A DNA stretch of 64,000 nucleotides from a virus (IMGVR_UViG_3300034279_001754:1-64000); one strand, 5' to 3'; numbered from the stretch's first letter, positions 9,719-19,194 are shown. Notes: generated from the sequence alone by a model not told the origin. A program made the numbers and translations.

Positions 9719-10828
9719 CTACCGGATCCCAAGCAGTTTGTCAAGTTGTTGGGGTCGTAGGTCTGCTAGCCACTGCCGGAAGGTAGGGTACCTGCCGGAG
9801 CGTATCGCGAAACAAGCTGCCGATACTGAGGGGGCATCTTTGAGAATTGCAATGGCGAATTCCTTTTGCGTTAAGGCTCCATACTTAAGAAGCATCAACT
9901 CACATAAAGATTGCATCGCAGGGATAGCAGAGTCTAGATAAATCGAAAACTTGTCTCTATATTCCGGGAAGTGCAATAGGAACTCATCTAGATCGTCATT
10001 AAGAAACAATTCCGAAAAGTCAGGCTCGCCATTGTTCCATGCCCGGTGTAGTTGGCAGTATAACCTAGACTTAATCTTAACCCTTCCAACCCCGTCAAAC
10101 AATACATAACCTTCATGATTTGAATCTCGCTTTTCAACTTTGGTAAGTACAGAGTCAAGGTCACTGAATTCGTAAGATGGGGCCACCACATAGCCATACC
10201 ACCCAAACTCTTCCAGATCACACTCTTCGAAGTCCCGATCTCGGTCTCGTACTGCTAGTAAGGGAAGTTTGGACGCATCGTAGTTAATAACATCTTTATT
10301 ATCTAGGTGGCACAATTCAAAGATGTAGCAAATTGACGGGTCTAGGCATTCCTTTAAGTACCCTACTTTCTCGAATACATCCCAGAATAACTCATCAAAG
10401 GTTTTTTCAGTTTTTCCTACTAGGCCATCCCCTGCTACTGAACCAGAAGTTGAAACGAGCCATTGCCCCCTATACTCAAACAATTTAATTAAGGAGCCGG
10501 AAAATTTCTCATAAACCTTGGTGCGAGACCAATCTAGTTCGTGACAGTGTCCCTCACCAATGTTAAAGAAGCGATCGAACGCATATGCAACCAGGCGATA
10601 GTACGGCGAGTGGTCACCATCGTTATCAACACGCTCGACAACCGCACCACGGCAGGCACATACTAGGGGGTTCGCCTTGTCAGCCATAATCGTGCCGTAC
10701 TTCAGGTTGAAGAGGTTCGGATACCTTTCATCGCGAGTAACACGAATGTCATACTCGGCCAGCTCGTCCAGGGCATTGTAACCCCGCTCGTTAAGCCAGT
10801 CAATCAAGTAGTGGCGCAAGTTTTCCAT
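9719..10828 (-). CDS. T4 Rnl1-like RNA ligase with altered motif I (KFSGS)
   Basis: CRG.V, AFDRFFNIGE, EKFSGSLI, FEL, EGYV and KIKS..Y motifs; ATG lies 6 nt after TATACT. Confidence 0.85.
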   Translation of the reverse strand: MENLRHYLIDWLNERGYNALDELAEYDIRVTRDERYPNLFNLKYGTIMADKANPLVCACRGAVVERVDNDGDHSPYYRLVAYAFDRFFNIGEGHCHELDWSRTKVYEKFSGSLIKLFEYRGQWLVSTSGSVAGDGLVGKTEKTFDELFWDVFEKVGYLKECLDPSICYIFELCHLDNKDVINYDASKLPLLAVRDRDRDFEECDLEEFGWYGYVVAPSYEFSDLDSVLTKVEKRDSNHEGYVLFDGVGRVKIKSRLYCQLHRAWNNGEPDFSELFLNDDLDEFLLHFPEYRDKFSIYLDSAIPAMQSLCELMLLKYGALTQKEFAIAILKDAPSVSAACFAIRSGRYPTFRQWLADLRPQQLDKLLGIR

Positions 10829-10949
10829 GGTTGTAGTATAGGTGGTTTTTACTGGCAGGGTAAGGCGGTTTACCGAACTCATTTCCAAGAAATGGTTGTC
10901 GTACAATCATAATCATCAACTTTTACTTCAAAACCTTTATTTCGTACGT

Positions 10950-11345
10950 TCATTGTGCCACCTCATTTTCTTGATTCCATTTCCACTGATAATACTTATC
11001 TAGGGCAATTTTCTCTGCGTGTTCTTTGTCCCGTGCCCAACAGTATACTAAAAAGCAAGAATACACAACATTATCATAATACTTTTCATTTGGTTCAAAA
11101 TAAACACCAAGGGAAATTTGTTGAGCCGTGAAATTAATGGTATTAGTTTTTGCGTTGATGTTCACAAGCCATGCAAAATGACCCGGGGGATGCTCGGGAA
11201 TTTCTAGTGCGTCCAATTCGTATTCCTCGATCTCAGAACAAAGACATAGCCTCTGCGCTTCTTCTGCAAGTTCACGAGTAGAATATGTTGCGATAATGTG
11301 ATAGTCGCTATATTCGCCTTGAGTTAAAATGTAGATGGTTTTCAT
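10950..11345 (-). CDS. hypothetical phage protein
   Basis: IYILTQGEYSDYHIIATYSTRELAE type small phage protein. Confidence 0.75.
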   Translation of the reverse strand: MKTIYILTQGEYSDYHIIATYSTRELAEEAQRLCLCSEIEEYELDALEIPEHPPGHFAWLVNINAKTNTINFTAQQISLGVYFEPNEKYYDNVVYSCFLVYCWARDKEHAEKIALDKYYQWKWNQENEVAQ

Positions 11346-11547
11346 TTTGTTATAGGTTGATTGAGTGAGGGGTGAATTGAATAGTCACTATAACACAAAT
11401 TGCCCTACCCACGTAGAACAGTGTGCCAGTTGGCCAAGCGTCCACAGAAAAGTCAGTCTTGTGGTTGTTTTGCCATGTTCAGTTGTGCAATATGGAGAAG
11501 TTTTTCCTTCTTTGATTTTTTCTTTAGGTAGATAACAAAAGAAATAT

Positions 11548-11664
11548 TCATTTTGCCACCTCCGAATTTATGCAAGGGCGATGAGTTTGGTTATACCAAT
11601 CTGCGTACTCTTGTTTTGCAACATCGGTATCATAAGCGACACCGCGATAGACTGCTTTAGACAT
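11548..11664 (-). CDS. DUF4278-like small protein
   Basis: MSKAVYRGVAYD (YRG motif) directly downstream of the riboswitch. Confidence 0.75.
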   Translation of the reverse strand: MSKAVYRGVAYDTDVAKQEYADWYNQTHRPCINSEVAK

Positions 11665-11697
11665 TTTTTTTTTTTCCTCTAGGGTGAAATCATGAGT

Positions 11698-11771
11698 CCC
11701 GTTCCTTCGGGCGGCGATTGCGTTTCTCGTCGTCCTACTTGCGTCCACTGTGTAAATAGTGGATGAACGAT
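11698..11771 (-). promoter_or_regulatory. glutamine riboswitch (glnA / downstream-peptide class)
   Basis: ATCGTTCATCC-hairpin-GGACGCAAGTAGG...CCGAAGGAACG upstream of a YRG peptide gene. Confidence 0.75.
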
Positions 11772-11847
11772 GGTAGTTTAGGTTCTTGCCATCTTATGTG
11801 GCATATAATTACCTATCTATTTTGAATCAGGCTCACTCATTACCCCG

Positions 11848-12132
11848 TTATCCAAACTCCTTCTTAAGTTGCTCATAAGCCATCCTGCGACTCTCTTTCC
11901 ACTCATTTTCTTTGTCGATGCGGGCGTTATATTCGGAGTCAGTTTCTGGGCGGGTTTTAGTTACCCTGACGGTATAATAATCACGATCATGGCCCCTTTC
12001 CTCTTCTAGTTCAATTCTTTCCCACCCTTCTGATTGAAGGTTCCGGAGATCTTCGATAAAAACGGAAATGTCATAGGAGTGATATTCCCCCATAACGGTT
12101 CTAAATTCATTAACTTGTTTACGATCAGTCAT
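11848..12132 (-). CDS. hypothetical protein
   Basis: R.ETD.EY..R motif shared with 45365..45733. Confidence 0.7.
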   Translation of the reverse strand: MTDRKQVNEFRTVMGEYHSYDISVFIEDLRNLQSEGWERIELEEERGHDRDYYTVRVTKTRPETDSEYNARIDKENEWKESRRMAYEQLKKEFG

Positions 12133-12224
12133 TTTATTGGGGGGGGGTCAATTACGGGGCAGATGCTCACGACGAGCTAGTTGATTTCAAGAATATGCCG
12201 AATCTGGAAGTTTGTCTACAACAT

Positions 12225-12497
12225 TTAATCACCCTTAAAAACGAATGGAACCACTGGCATTTCATAATTCCAATTGAACTTTTCTACAAGTTTGGTCATC
12301 AAATACTCAGCATCTAAAGTTTTTTTACTGAAAGTAACACCACAAGAGGTAATTTTATACTCAATTACGTCTTTATCTCTCTCCAAAAGACTGCAAAAAG
12401 ATATTAAATCGTCCATACTTGTGCATACTACTTGGGGTGGTGCATCATAACAAACTACACCAACTCGGTATTCGACTGTAAAAACTTTAAATGTCAT
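12225..12497 (-). CDS. hypothetical protein
   Basis: Minus-strand ORF in gene array. Confidence 0.6.
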   Translation of the reverse strand: MTFKVFTVEYRVGVVCYDAPPQVVCTSMDDLISFCSLLERDKDVIEYKITSCGVTFSKKTLDAEYLMTKLVEKFNWNYEMPVVPFVFKGD

Positions 12498-12548
12498 TGC
12501 TGCTATGATTGTTTACGATCAGTTATTCGTTTTTATTGAAAGAGAAGG

Positions 12549-12779
12549 TCAATTTCGGATAAGGTGCTCACGCCGAGCCAGTTCCTCCCTCATTGGGGCT
12601 AATCTTTTTTCTACTTCTTGCCTGTGTGCGCGAATATTCACACATTTCGAACAATCACAAGACCAGACCCAATCTTCCACGTAGAAGTGGTTTTGGCTTC
12701 TTTCGGACCTGTATGCCGCAAGTAGGCGAGGAGTAGGTAGGGCAAGGATAGTTTCGAGTGAGTTACGGTTGGGGTCCAT
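12549..12779 (-). CDS. hypothetical protein with CxCxxC motif
   Basis: ORF downstream of a promoter cassette; CDCSKC. Confidence 0.65.
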   Translation of the reverse strand: MDPNRNSLETILALPTPRLLAAYRSERSQNHFYVEDWVWSCDCSKCVNIRAHRQEVEKRLAPMREELARREHLIRN

Positions 12780-12885
12780 GCTAGATTTGTAGTTGCTTAG
12801 CTAGTGTAGCACCTTTCGTGGTGGAGACAAGGGTAGAAAACCGCCCTGTAAAAGTCATAGGAACTACCGGTAAACTACCGGTAAA

Positions 12886-13149
12886 CTACCAGAAAGGCAA
12901 CCAGAAAGGCAACCGGAAAGGTCTCTCGAAAACTTGACGTATTAAGGGAGAGGGCCCTGTGCGAACCATTCGGGGCGAAAAAGCCTTAAGGGGCATCCAG
13001 GAAAACAGTGTAAGGCACCCTGACGAAAAAGCTTCATCGGAATAAGTCAATTGGGATAGATCGTCCCGGATTAGCGTAACCCAACTTGCCTCATTCTCGT
13101 TTTCTACCCGGATGTTGCGTCCAAGATTCCACTAACTTTGGAGTTTCAT
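12886..13149 (-). pseudogene. paralog of 56240..56488 with in-frame TAG at 13132-13134
   Basis: MKLQS*WNLGRNIRVENENEASW... aligns to MRLKNWWNLGRNSRVENENQASW... Confidence 0.75.
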
Positions 13150-13162
13150 AATTGCTTGATTA

Positions 13163-13501
13163 TCAGGAAAGATGAGAAACTAAAAGGAATCTCAATAGAT
13201 GAGTTTCGTCAGCTTGTCTGCGAGTAGCATTGAGTGCTTCGGTCCAAAGACTGCAGGTTGAACCCGGTGGTTTAATATAGCACTCCCGGTCCCATTTACC
13301 CTGCCGTTTGCTAATCCAGCATTGGGCTTCGACTTCGTCTTCCGTTTCGTAGCAAGCTATTAGGGGGATACCCCTTTTGTTCCAATAAGCAGGGCAATTC
13401 CAGCTACTGTCGTCCCATTCTTTGAATAGTTGATGGTAGAAAAGGGATGGCATGAAGTAGAAGTCTGGACAGTGGGGGACCAACCATGCAAATTCGTTCA
13501 C
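13163..13501 (-). CDS. hypothetical protein
   Basis: ORF coupled to the upstream gene by a GTGA overlap. Confidence 0.55.
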   Translation of the reverse strand: MNEFAWLVPHCPDFYFMPSLFYHQLFKEWDDSSWNCPAYWNKRGIPLIACYETEDEVEAQCWISKRQGKWDRECYIKPPGSTCSLWTEALNATRRQADETHLLRFLLVSHLS

Positions 13502-13863
13502 GACCCGGGAAACCCCCTAGTGTCATTCACCCATTCAAGGATTGCGGCTTGCTCTTCCATGGAGAGTTTGGCCATAGCGGCATCTCTGAGGCGAGTCTTT
13601 CTCTCTTCCTGCTCACGCCGCGCTGCCGTCTGTTTGAGCCATTCACCGCAACTATGATCCGCCCACTCCTTAGTTTTGGCAACCATGGGGTTCCATAAGT
13701 AACCCTGCTGCTTGGGGGGCATCTCAGTGATTTCGGTAACAGTTTCGTCGAACTCCAACCTGAGTAGTGGTACAACAGACTCAGCTTCGTCAACGCTCTC
13801 AGCTAGTACAAAATCAAATGTGTAACGCTCTACTTTGTAGAGCCGGGGTAGGTTCTGAGTCAT
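13498..13863 (-). CDS. hypothetical protein
   Basis: ORF downstream of a promoter cassette; start MTQNLP. Confidence 0.7.
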   Translation of the reverse strand: MTQNLPRLYKVERYTFDFVLAESVDEAESVVPLLRLEFDETVTEITEMPPKQQGYLWNPMVAKTKEWADHSCGEWLKQTAARREQEERKTRLRDAAMAKLSMEEQAAILEWVNDTRGFPGS

Positions 13864-13952
13864 TGGGGGGTCTTTCCATGAACTAAGTATAGCATTTCTG
13901 CGAGGCAGAAACAAGGGTCTAAACCGGGGGTTTAGGTTCGGTTAACCGCCTT

Positions 13953-14409
13953 TCAGACTAGGTTTCTAATTACATCTTCTAAATTGCCATGGGTCATCCT
14001 AATAAACTCATAACCATGCTGTGGTTTTTCCACTTCCTTCATCCAATTATCCCAATTGTCAGAAACAAGTTGAATAAATCTATCAGGGTTCCCCCCTATT
14101 ACGGTAACGCTCTAGGAATTCTTCTTTTCTTGTTGAGTCTGGGTACACCAAGTAAAAGAAAATTTTATTATCCAACAGTGCTTCGCGTACTTCTGCATGT
14201 GAAGACACCAAAATTACATCATATCTACCCATATTCTCTTTAATGTGACTAATGTAATTCTGGGGGAAGTCCGGGTGCCTGACACGATTGGTGCCTTCAT
14301 GAGTCCAACTCCAATTAGATGAATCACTATCTAATGTTTTTTGTGGGTTCTTCTGAAAATAAACACTTTTTCCAGTTCCTGGAAAAGCTGAAATGATTTT
14401 TGTATTCAT
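13953..14409 (-). pseudogene. P-loop kinase-like phage protein, frameshifted in a G6 run (14091-14096)
   Basis: Walker A IISAFPGTGKS; removing one G gives RGNPDRFIQLVSDNWDNW...RNLV*. Confidence 0.7.
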
Positions 14410-14489
14410 TGGTGGGGGTCGAAGGTCAAGATACTGGAATTTACTTCTATCAGAGGTAGGGGTGATCTAAACCGAAGGTTTAGGTTCGG

Positions 14490-15152
14490 TTAACCGCCCT
14501 CACCACAAATAGCTTCTTGAACTTCTGTAGGAAACATGGCGATTCTTTGTTGGTTAATTTCATCAAAGTCATATCCAGCAACTTTCGTGTCCCCGTAGTG
14601 GAGCAACCAAAGGAAAGGTTGTCTGATCCATTTTTTCATGAAAATCCCCGTATCCCTGTAGTTGTCAAGACGGTGTTTAAAACCCTCCCTAGCATCAAAG
14701 TCTCCGCACCAGACGTTTTTACCGTTCGGCCCTTCAACTGCAGTACCACTAAAGCCACCCCTATATGAATTGTCACTAGCTGGCAAATAGTTAAAGAATG
14801 CTTTGGCACCATTTAGAGATCCTCTAAAAGAATCATAAACCACCAAAATACCGTCCTTCCAGTCAATAAACCATTCGTCTTCACTATTTGGAATGAATCC
14901 ACTGGCAACCGATTTGAACCCCATACTATCCATTAAAACAACAAATTCAGCAAACTCCATCCCATAATAAGAGTCTTCGTTAGCCTTCAGTAGTTCTTTT
15001 TTCTTTTGATTGTTGTCAACTGCCAAAAGAAGTCCAATACTGGAAGTTGCTATATCATGTTTGTAGCTGCGGCCTGTCATGATTTCAGCTTCTTGGAGGG
15101 GGTCAAATCCCAGAAGCTCGTCTAGGTTGTCGTTGGGGAACTGTTGGGTCAT
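14490..15152 (-). CDS. hypothetical protein
   Basis: Long ORF; start MTQQFP. Confidence 0.75.
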   Translation of the reverse strand: MTQQFPNDNLDELLGFDPLQEAEIMTGRSYKHDIATSSIGLLLAVDNNQKKKELLKANEDSYYGMEFAEFVVLMDSMGFKSVASGFIPNSEDEWFIDWKDGILVVYDSFRGSLNGAKAFFNYLPASDNSYRGGFSGTAVEGPNGKNVWCGDFDAREGFKHRLDNYRDTGIFMKKWIRQPFLWLLHYGDTKVAGYDFDEINQQRIAMFPTEVQEAICGEGG

Positions 15153-15267
15153 TGACTTTTGGGGTACTGGTTTGTAAAAAAAAAAGGGGGGGGTCAAATC
15201 CAAGGTCATCCTACACTGACTGTCTCCTGGAGTCTATGGCGGTCAACCGCCCGTTTAGTTTTGGTAA

Positions 15268-15570
15268 TCAGCTAAAATAGAAACCATTGCTTTTAAACTT
15301 TACTTTGCCACCTTTCAAGGTCACAATCCACTCTTTCTTTGTATAAGCTAGGTATTTACCATCGAATTTAAAAGACTTGATGGCAGTCAGGATGATGGTA
15401 TGGTTAGGGTTCTTGAGGAGGAGGCTCTTGGCATAAGAATGGGCTCGTTTCGAAGTGTCGAAAGTTTTGCCTATACTGAAATTTAATTCTTCAACTAGTT
15501 CTTCATTGAGATGTAAATCACCTACACTCCACCGCCCGCGTGATAGTATGTCCTTGTGTTTAATACGCAT
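15268..15570 (-). CDS. hypothetical basic protein
   Basis: Minus-strand ORF in gene array. Confidence 0.6.
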   Translation of the reverse strand: MRIKHKDILSRGRWSVGDLHLNEELVEELNFSIGKTFDTSKRAHSYAKSLLLKNPNHTIILTAIKSFKFDGKYLAYTKKEWIVTLKGGKVKFKSNGFYFS

Positions 15571-15576
15571 GTTAAG

Positions 15577-16047
15577 TCAGGAGTAATTTTCTGCCAAGTA
15601 TTCCGGGTCAAAGTCCCCTAGAGCATCATCAAAGGGTTCTTTGCACCCTGTATAGGCGTAGAGTTTGTCATTCATCACATACCAACTCACATTCAACATG
15701 TACCAAAAAGTCGCTTTGTGGCCATCATACCAGAAAAGACCCTCAGTATCACAATCGAGAGCCCAACGGGTGGTTTCATGCGGGACCGAATACCAGGTCA
15801 ACCAATGGTCGAAAATCATTCGAGTTAGTTGAATGGGGTTTGGCATGGTTCGGTCATTGTTGGTCATTTTACTTTCACCCATAGTCATTCTATAAGTAAG
15901 TGGATAGTTGCAGTTTATGTGACAGAAAAAGTCCCAGGAGGGTTGTTCGTCTTCATCGTAATAGCCAATAATTACAGCGTCATGCCACTCTTTTAAGCAA
16001 ACATGGAACCAGTATAACCCGTAGGAGAGTTTATCAAAGAAGTTCAT
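15577..16047 (-). CDS. hypothetical W/Y-rich protein
   Basis: ORF with repeated FW..LN-like segments. Confidence 0.6.
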   Translation of the reverse strand: MNFFDKLSYGLYWFHVCLKEWHDAVIIGYYDEDEQPSWDFFCHINCNYPLTYRMTMGESKMTNNDRTMPNPIQLTRMIFDHWLTWYSVPHETTRWALDCDTEGLFWYDGHKATFWYMLNVSWYVMNDKLYAYTGCKEPFDDALGDFDPEYLAENYS

Positions 16048-16192
16048 AGTTCCTCGTCAAATATCTTATCAGAAAAGTTTAGTGAACGCCAAAACCAATA
16101 TCCATCCCATGGCTCAGAAATAGTAGCTGGTAGTTTTTCATAGAGATGTGGAAACATTAAACATTCCCAATAAAAGTAAGAATATGACCAAG

Positions 16193-16504
16193 TCAGTCTA
16201 GATTTCCAAAGTATTTTAAGTCCGGTAACAGTTTTTCAAGTTCCCTAATAAGGTCCAAAATCTCGTCAACATAAACTACACTTTCTATAGAACCATACAC
16301 CATGGCGTAAAACTCGTCCATGTTAGAATCAGGGGGAAGTGAAGAAGAGTATTGGTCGATAAGTTTATTGAGTATATGAATTAAGACTTTCGGTTGTTGC
16401 AAATCCTTCTCCACATCCATATAGGAATAGAGAAATTGTTGTGCTTGTTTGGTTTTGGTGTTATGCATTTTCTTGTAAATTAATTTTATGGAAGGTTGAC
16501 TCAA
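16193..16504 (-). CDS. hypothetical protein
   Basis: Minus-strand ORF in gene array. Confidence 0.55.
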   Translation of the reverse strand: MSQPSIKLIYKKMHNTKTKQAQQFLYSYMDVEKDLQQPKVLIHILNKLIDQYSSSLPPDSNMDEFYAMVYGSIESVVYVDEILDLIRELEKLLPDLKYFGNLD

Positions 16505-16694
16505 AGATTATGTCCTCAGACATCTCCTTCGGTGAAGCGTACTCCAGAAAAACTAAGTAGCTATCTGTGGTGAAATCCTCGGATGGTATAATCTGATTAT
16601 AAGAGCAAACCTTTTTACGGGCTCGCATAAGTAGGATTTCATGCTTAGTTTCTTCATGCAACCAGAAATCATCCATATTGACATCAAGAGTCAT
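16461..16694 (-). CDS. hypothetical protein
   Basis: Minus-strand ORF in gene array. Confidence 0.55.
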   Translation of the reverse strand: MTLDVNMDDFWLHEETKHEILLMRARKKVCSYNQIIPSEDFTTDSYLVFLEYASPKEMSEDIIFESTFHKINLQENA

Positions 16695-16914
16695 ATAAAT
16701 CCCAGAGATTTTCCCGAAGGGTGCGTTCGAAATCAGGGTCCAGTTTCTTTTGGTTTTCGAGCAAGTTTAGTACCAGTGCCTCAACCACTTCACTACCTAA
16801 TCCTGAGGTGGTTCCATGTTCTATGACCCTTTCTTGGGCCATCAATTCGCAATCTTCCAGCAGACCGTCATCACTAAGGAAATCATCAAAGTTTCCACCC
16901 ATATGGCAAGTCAT
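16684..16914 (-). CDS. hypothetical protein
   Basis: ATGA-coupled to the upstream gene; HMGGNFDDFL motif. Confidence 0.6.
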   Translation of the reverse strand: MTCHMGGNFDDFLSDDGLLEDCELMAQERVIEHGTTSGLGSEVVEALVLNLLENQKKLDPDFERTLRENLWDLYDS

Positions 16915-18011
16915 GGCTGCACCCTCCGAAACCCAATAACCCACACCCAAGGATTCGCGTCCCATGACCCTTCACCATTTATGGATTCCCAGAGCCTGGC
17001 ATACACACTAGCCAAGCAATCGCCGGACAACATGCTACCGGATGAGCAACCCTCAGCTAAGGCATCCGCATCGCTAATTGCATTCAGTCGCTCCACCCGA
17101 ATATCAGTAACCTCCAACAAGATGCGGCTGGCCCAGCGGGGCATAAAGATAGATTGGCGGCAACGAAAGACACCTACACCGAAAGGACTTTTGAGATCGG
17201 CGCGATACAGCACTGGGGGCGCTTGCGACGGCCGGCCCCGGTGGTAGGTCCATTCGTCGCAGTGTCCGTCAGCCTGGCCCCATGTTTCTCGCACCCATAG
17301 TCGCTGCCTTACTCGGAATGGGCAATTGAGTACACGGACGACTGAGAGAGACCGAGAATCCGCGCTGCCGACCGTTGACTGCACAGCCCTTTCAACAGCG
17401 CCCATTTGAGATGCGCACGTTCCTCGTCCGTCAGCTTGGCGCTGTGATGCTTCTCGCCGAGCGCCACGCGACCATGGTCCCGCCTGTCCTGCCAGTTCTC
17501 CTCTTGGGTCCCCCAAGCAAGATTTGTTGGCACGTTGTTCTGTGGGTTCCCGTCGAGGTGGCGCACCTGATGGGTCTTGCTTGGCGCCTCCCCGTGGAAT
17601 GCCGAGCAGATCAGACGGTGGACACTCCGAGTCACCTTGACGTTGTTGTGACTCATTGAAATTGAGCGATATCCCTTTATTGTCACATGCCCAGACAACG
17701 GATACCAATCCACGCGTTCCTTTCTGCCAAAGCCTGCGTACTTTGTGCAGGAGTAGATCATCCCATCCGAACCTGCTCGGTAATCCTCGTTCGGCGATTC
17801 GGGGATCAATCGCAACTCTATGCCACTGGCCAGCATGATTAATTTCATAGATAGTCCTGCTATGGTCATCCTCTAGTTTATCGTCTCGGATGCGGCAGGG
17901 CAAACCCTTCACCACCCTCCGCGTCTGCGTTTTCCGGCCCTCAAGAATGGCGCGAACCATTTCGCCCTTGAATAGGATGGGCCTTTCTTTTGTTTTAATT
18001 TGGGTTGTCAT
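16911..18011 (-). CDS. ASCH-like phage protein (KERPILF family) containing an overprinted insertion
   Basis: KERPILFKGEMVRAILEGRKTQTRR, RLWVRETW, SIFMPRWASRILLEVTDIRVERL and NPWVWVI; frame open throughout. Confidence 0.85.
   Translation of the reverse strand: MTTQIKTKERPILFKGEMVRAILEGRKTQTRRVVKGLPCRIRDDKLEDDHSRTIYEINHAGQWHRVAIDPRIAERGLPSRFGWDDLLLHKVRRLWQKGTRGLVSVVWACDNKGISLNFNESQQRQGDSECPPSDLLGIPRGGAKQDPSGAPPRREPTEQRANKSCLGDPRGELAGQAGPWSRGARREASQRQADGRGTCASQMGAVERAVQSTVGSADSRSLSVVRVLNCPFRVRQRLWVRETWGQADGHCDEWTYHRGRPSQAPPVLYRADLKSPFGVGVFRCRQSIFMPRWASRILLEVTDIRVERLNAISDADALAEGCSSGSMLSGDCLASVYARLWESINGEGSWDANPWVWVIGFRRVQP
17309..17848 (-). CDS. HNH homing endonuclease nested in a different frame of the ASCH-like gene
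   Basis: VHRLICSAFHG, VRHLDGNPQNN..NLAWGTQEEN, GEKHHSAKLT and a C-terminal HTH. Confidence 0.9.
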   Translation of the reverse strand: MKLIMLASGIELRLIPESPNEDYRAGSDGMIYSCTKYAGFGRKERVDWYPLSGHVTIKGYRSISMSHNNVKVTRSVHRLICSAFHGEAPSKTHQVRHLDGNPQNNVPTNLAWGTQEENWQDRRDHGRVALGEKHHSAKLTDEERAHLKWALLKGLCSQRSAARILGLSQSSVYSIAHSE

Positions 18012-18069
18012 AGCGGGTTGGTTGGTTGGTCGTATTTGGTACCATAGGGTCAATTATTGCAGATGGAAT

Positions 18070-18342
18070 CTACCCGCCCCCAAACAACAAAGCTTCACAT
18101 ACTGGCATGGTTCGGTACCCAGTTATGAATCCTTTTGTCGTGTACTTTTTGACGTATTCAAGCATCCAACTCATGGCTTCTTCCTGAGAGTTGAAGGGCC
18201 CAAAATTCCTATAAAAGCGTTTAGGTGACCCAACATAAGATGTAATTATGTACCGGTGAGAGTGCTTCGGGTAGCTATCATTTTCTGAGACCCATTGAAG
18301 GTAGTCATTTTTTCCTGTACGATGGTCAATGTGCGTCATCAT
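18070..18342 (-). CDS. hypothetical protein
   Basis: ORF; probable start MMTHID. Confidence 0.55.
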   Translation of the reverse strand: MMTHIDHRTGKNDYLQWVSENDSYPKHSHRYIITSYVGSPKRFYRNFGPFNSQEEAMSWMLEYVKKYTTKGFITGYRTMPVCEALLFGGG

Positions 18343-18504
18343 TTTTGTTGTTTGTACTCGCAGCATCCAGCAATGACTCCACCCGAATCAATCGATTAGA
18401 AATGTTAAGCAGAATGTCCGTCAAACCTTCAATCTCCTCATGAATGTCTTGGTGGTGGAATCGTAATGGCTTTTGAATTAGCTTGTTGAATTTGGATTTT
18501 TTCA
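18326..18504 (-). CDS. hypothetical protein
   Basis: MKKSKFNKLIQKPLRFHHQDIHEE; cyanophage-like small gene. Confidence 0.55.
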
Positions 18505-18533
18505 TCGTGGCGTAGTAATAAGGATTGTGACAA

Positions 18534-19127
18534 TCATGCGTAGATATACTCACGCCATTCCTCAACTTCAGCCATGCTGATAGTCACTGTGATTTTATTG
18601 AAGGGGGCTTTAGGGTTCCCTGCCAAGGTGGTCCCACGGCTATTTACTCTGGCATCCATCATACCGACTTGAAAACTATCCCAAGTGAATGGCAATGGCG
18701 CAACATTCGTGGTTTCCTTAGCAAATACCTTCTTCAAGGCCATAGCCCATTCTTCTGGGGTACGATTATCCTTGCAATTGTTGCATTCCAGGCAGCTAGT
18801 AACGAGATTTTGCCAAGTATCTTGGCCACCTCGGGACTTTGGAATTACGTGGTCGATTGTAAGGTTTGGACCGGAATACCCACAATATTGGCAAACATGC
18901 CTATCTCTCTTCAGGATCAAGGAACGGGAGGGTTTCCCGGCAAAGAGTTTAGATTGGGGGACTTTGACATAGTGCTTTAGGCGGATAGTACGCTTGGACA
19001 CAACGTGCGCTTTATTTTTCAGCACCAAAATAGTCGCCCTCTTCCAACTCAACATCGTTAAAGGTTGGTAAGTAGCATTGAGTAATAAAATAGTCGAACC
19101 AACTTTGACAGGGATTTCTTTAGGCAT
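18534..19127 (-). CDS. HNH endonuclease (McrA-like)
   Basis: LLLNATYQPL, RDRHVCQYCG, TIDHVIPKSRGG..TWQNLVTSCLECNNCK. Confidence 0.9.
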   Translation of the reverse strand: MPKEIPVKVGSTILLLNATYQPLTMLSWKRATILVLKNKAHVVSKRTIRLKHYVKVPQSKLFAGKPSRSLILKRDRHVCQYCGYSGPNLTIDHVIPKSRGGQDTWQNLVTSCLECNNCKDNRTPEEWAMALKKVFAKETTNVAPLPFTWDSFQVGMMDARVNSRGTTLAGNPKAPFNKITVTISMAEVEEWREYIYA

Positions 19128-19194
19128 TCTTCGAGGTCTTTTTCAAATAGTGAGCATATGGTTCTATTGCGCCATTAGTCCCATGTTCTTAAGG

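Noticed and set aside
12860-12922. Short tandem repeats (11- and 12-mers) as a CRISPR array
   Set aside because: No spacers, units too short, no cas genes; they look like slippage duplications
17290-17900. Group I intron or intein explaining the nested HNH
   Set aside because: No room for an intron core outside the HNH ORF, and no intein splice-junction motifs in the host frame
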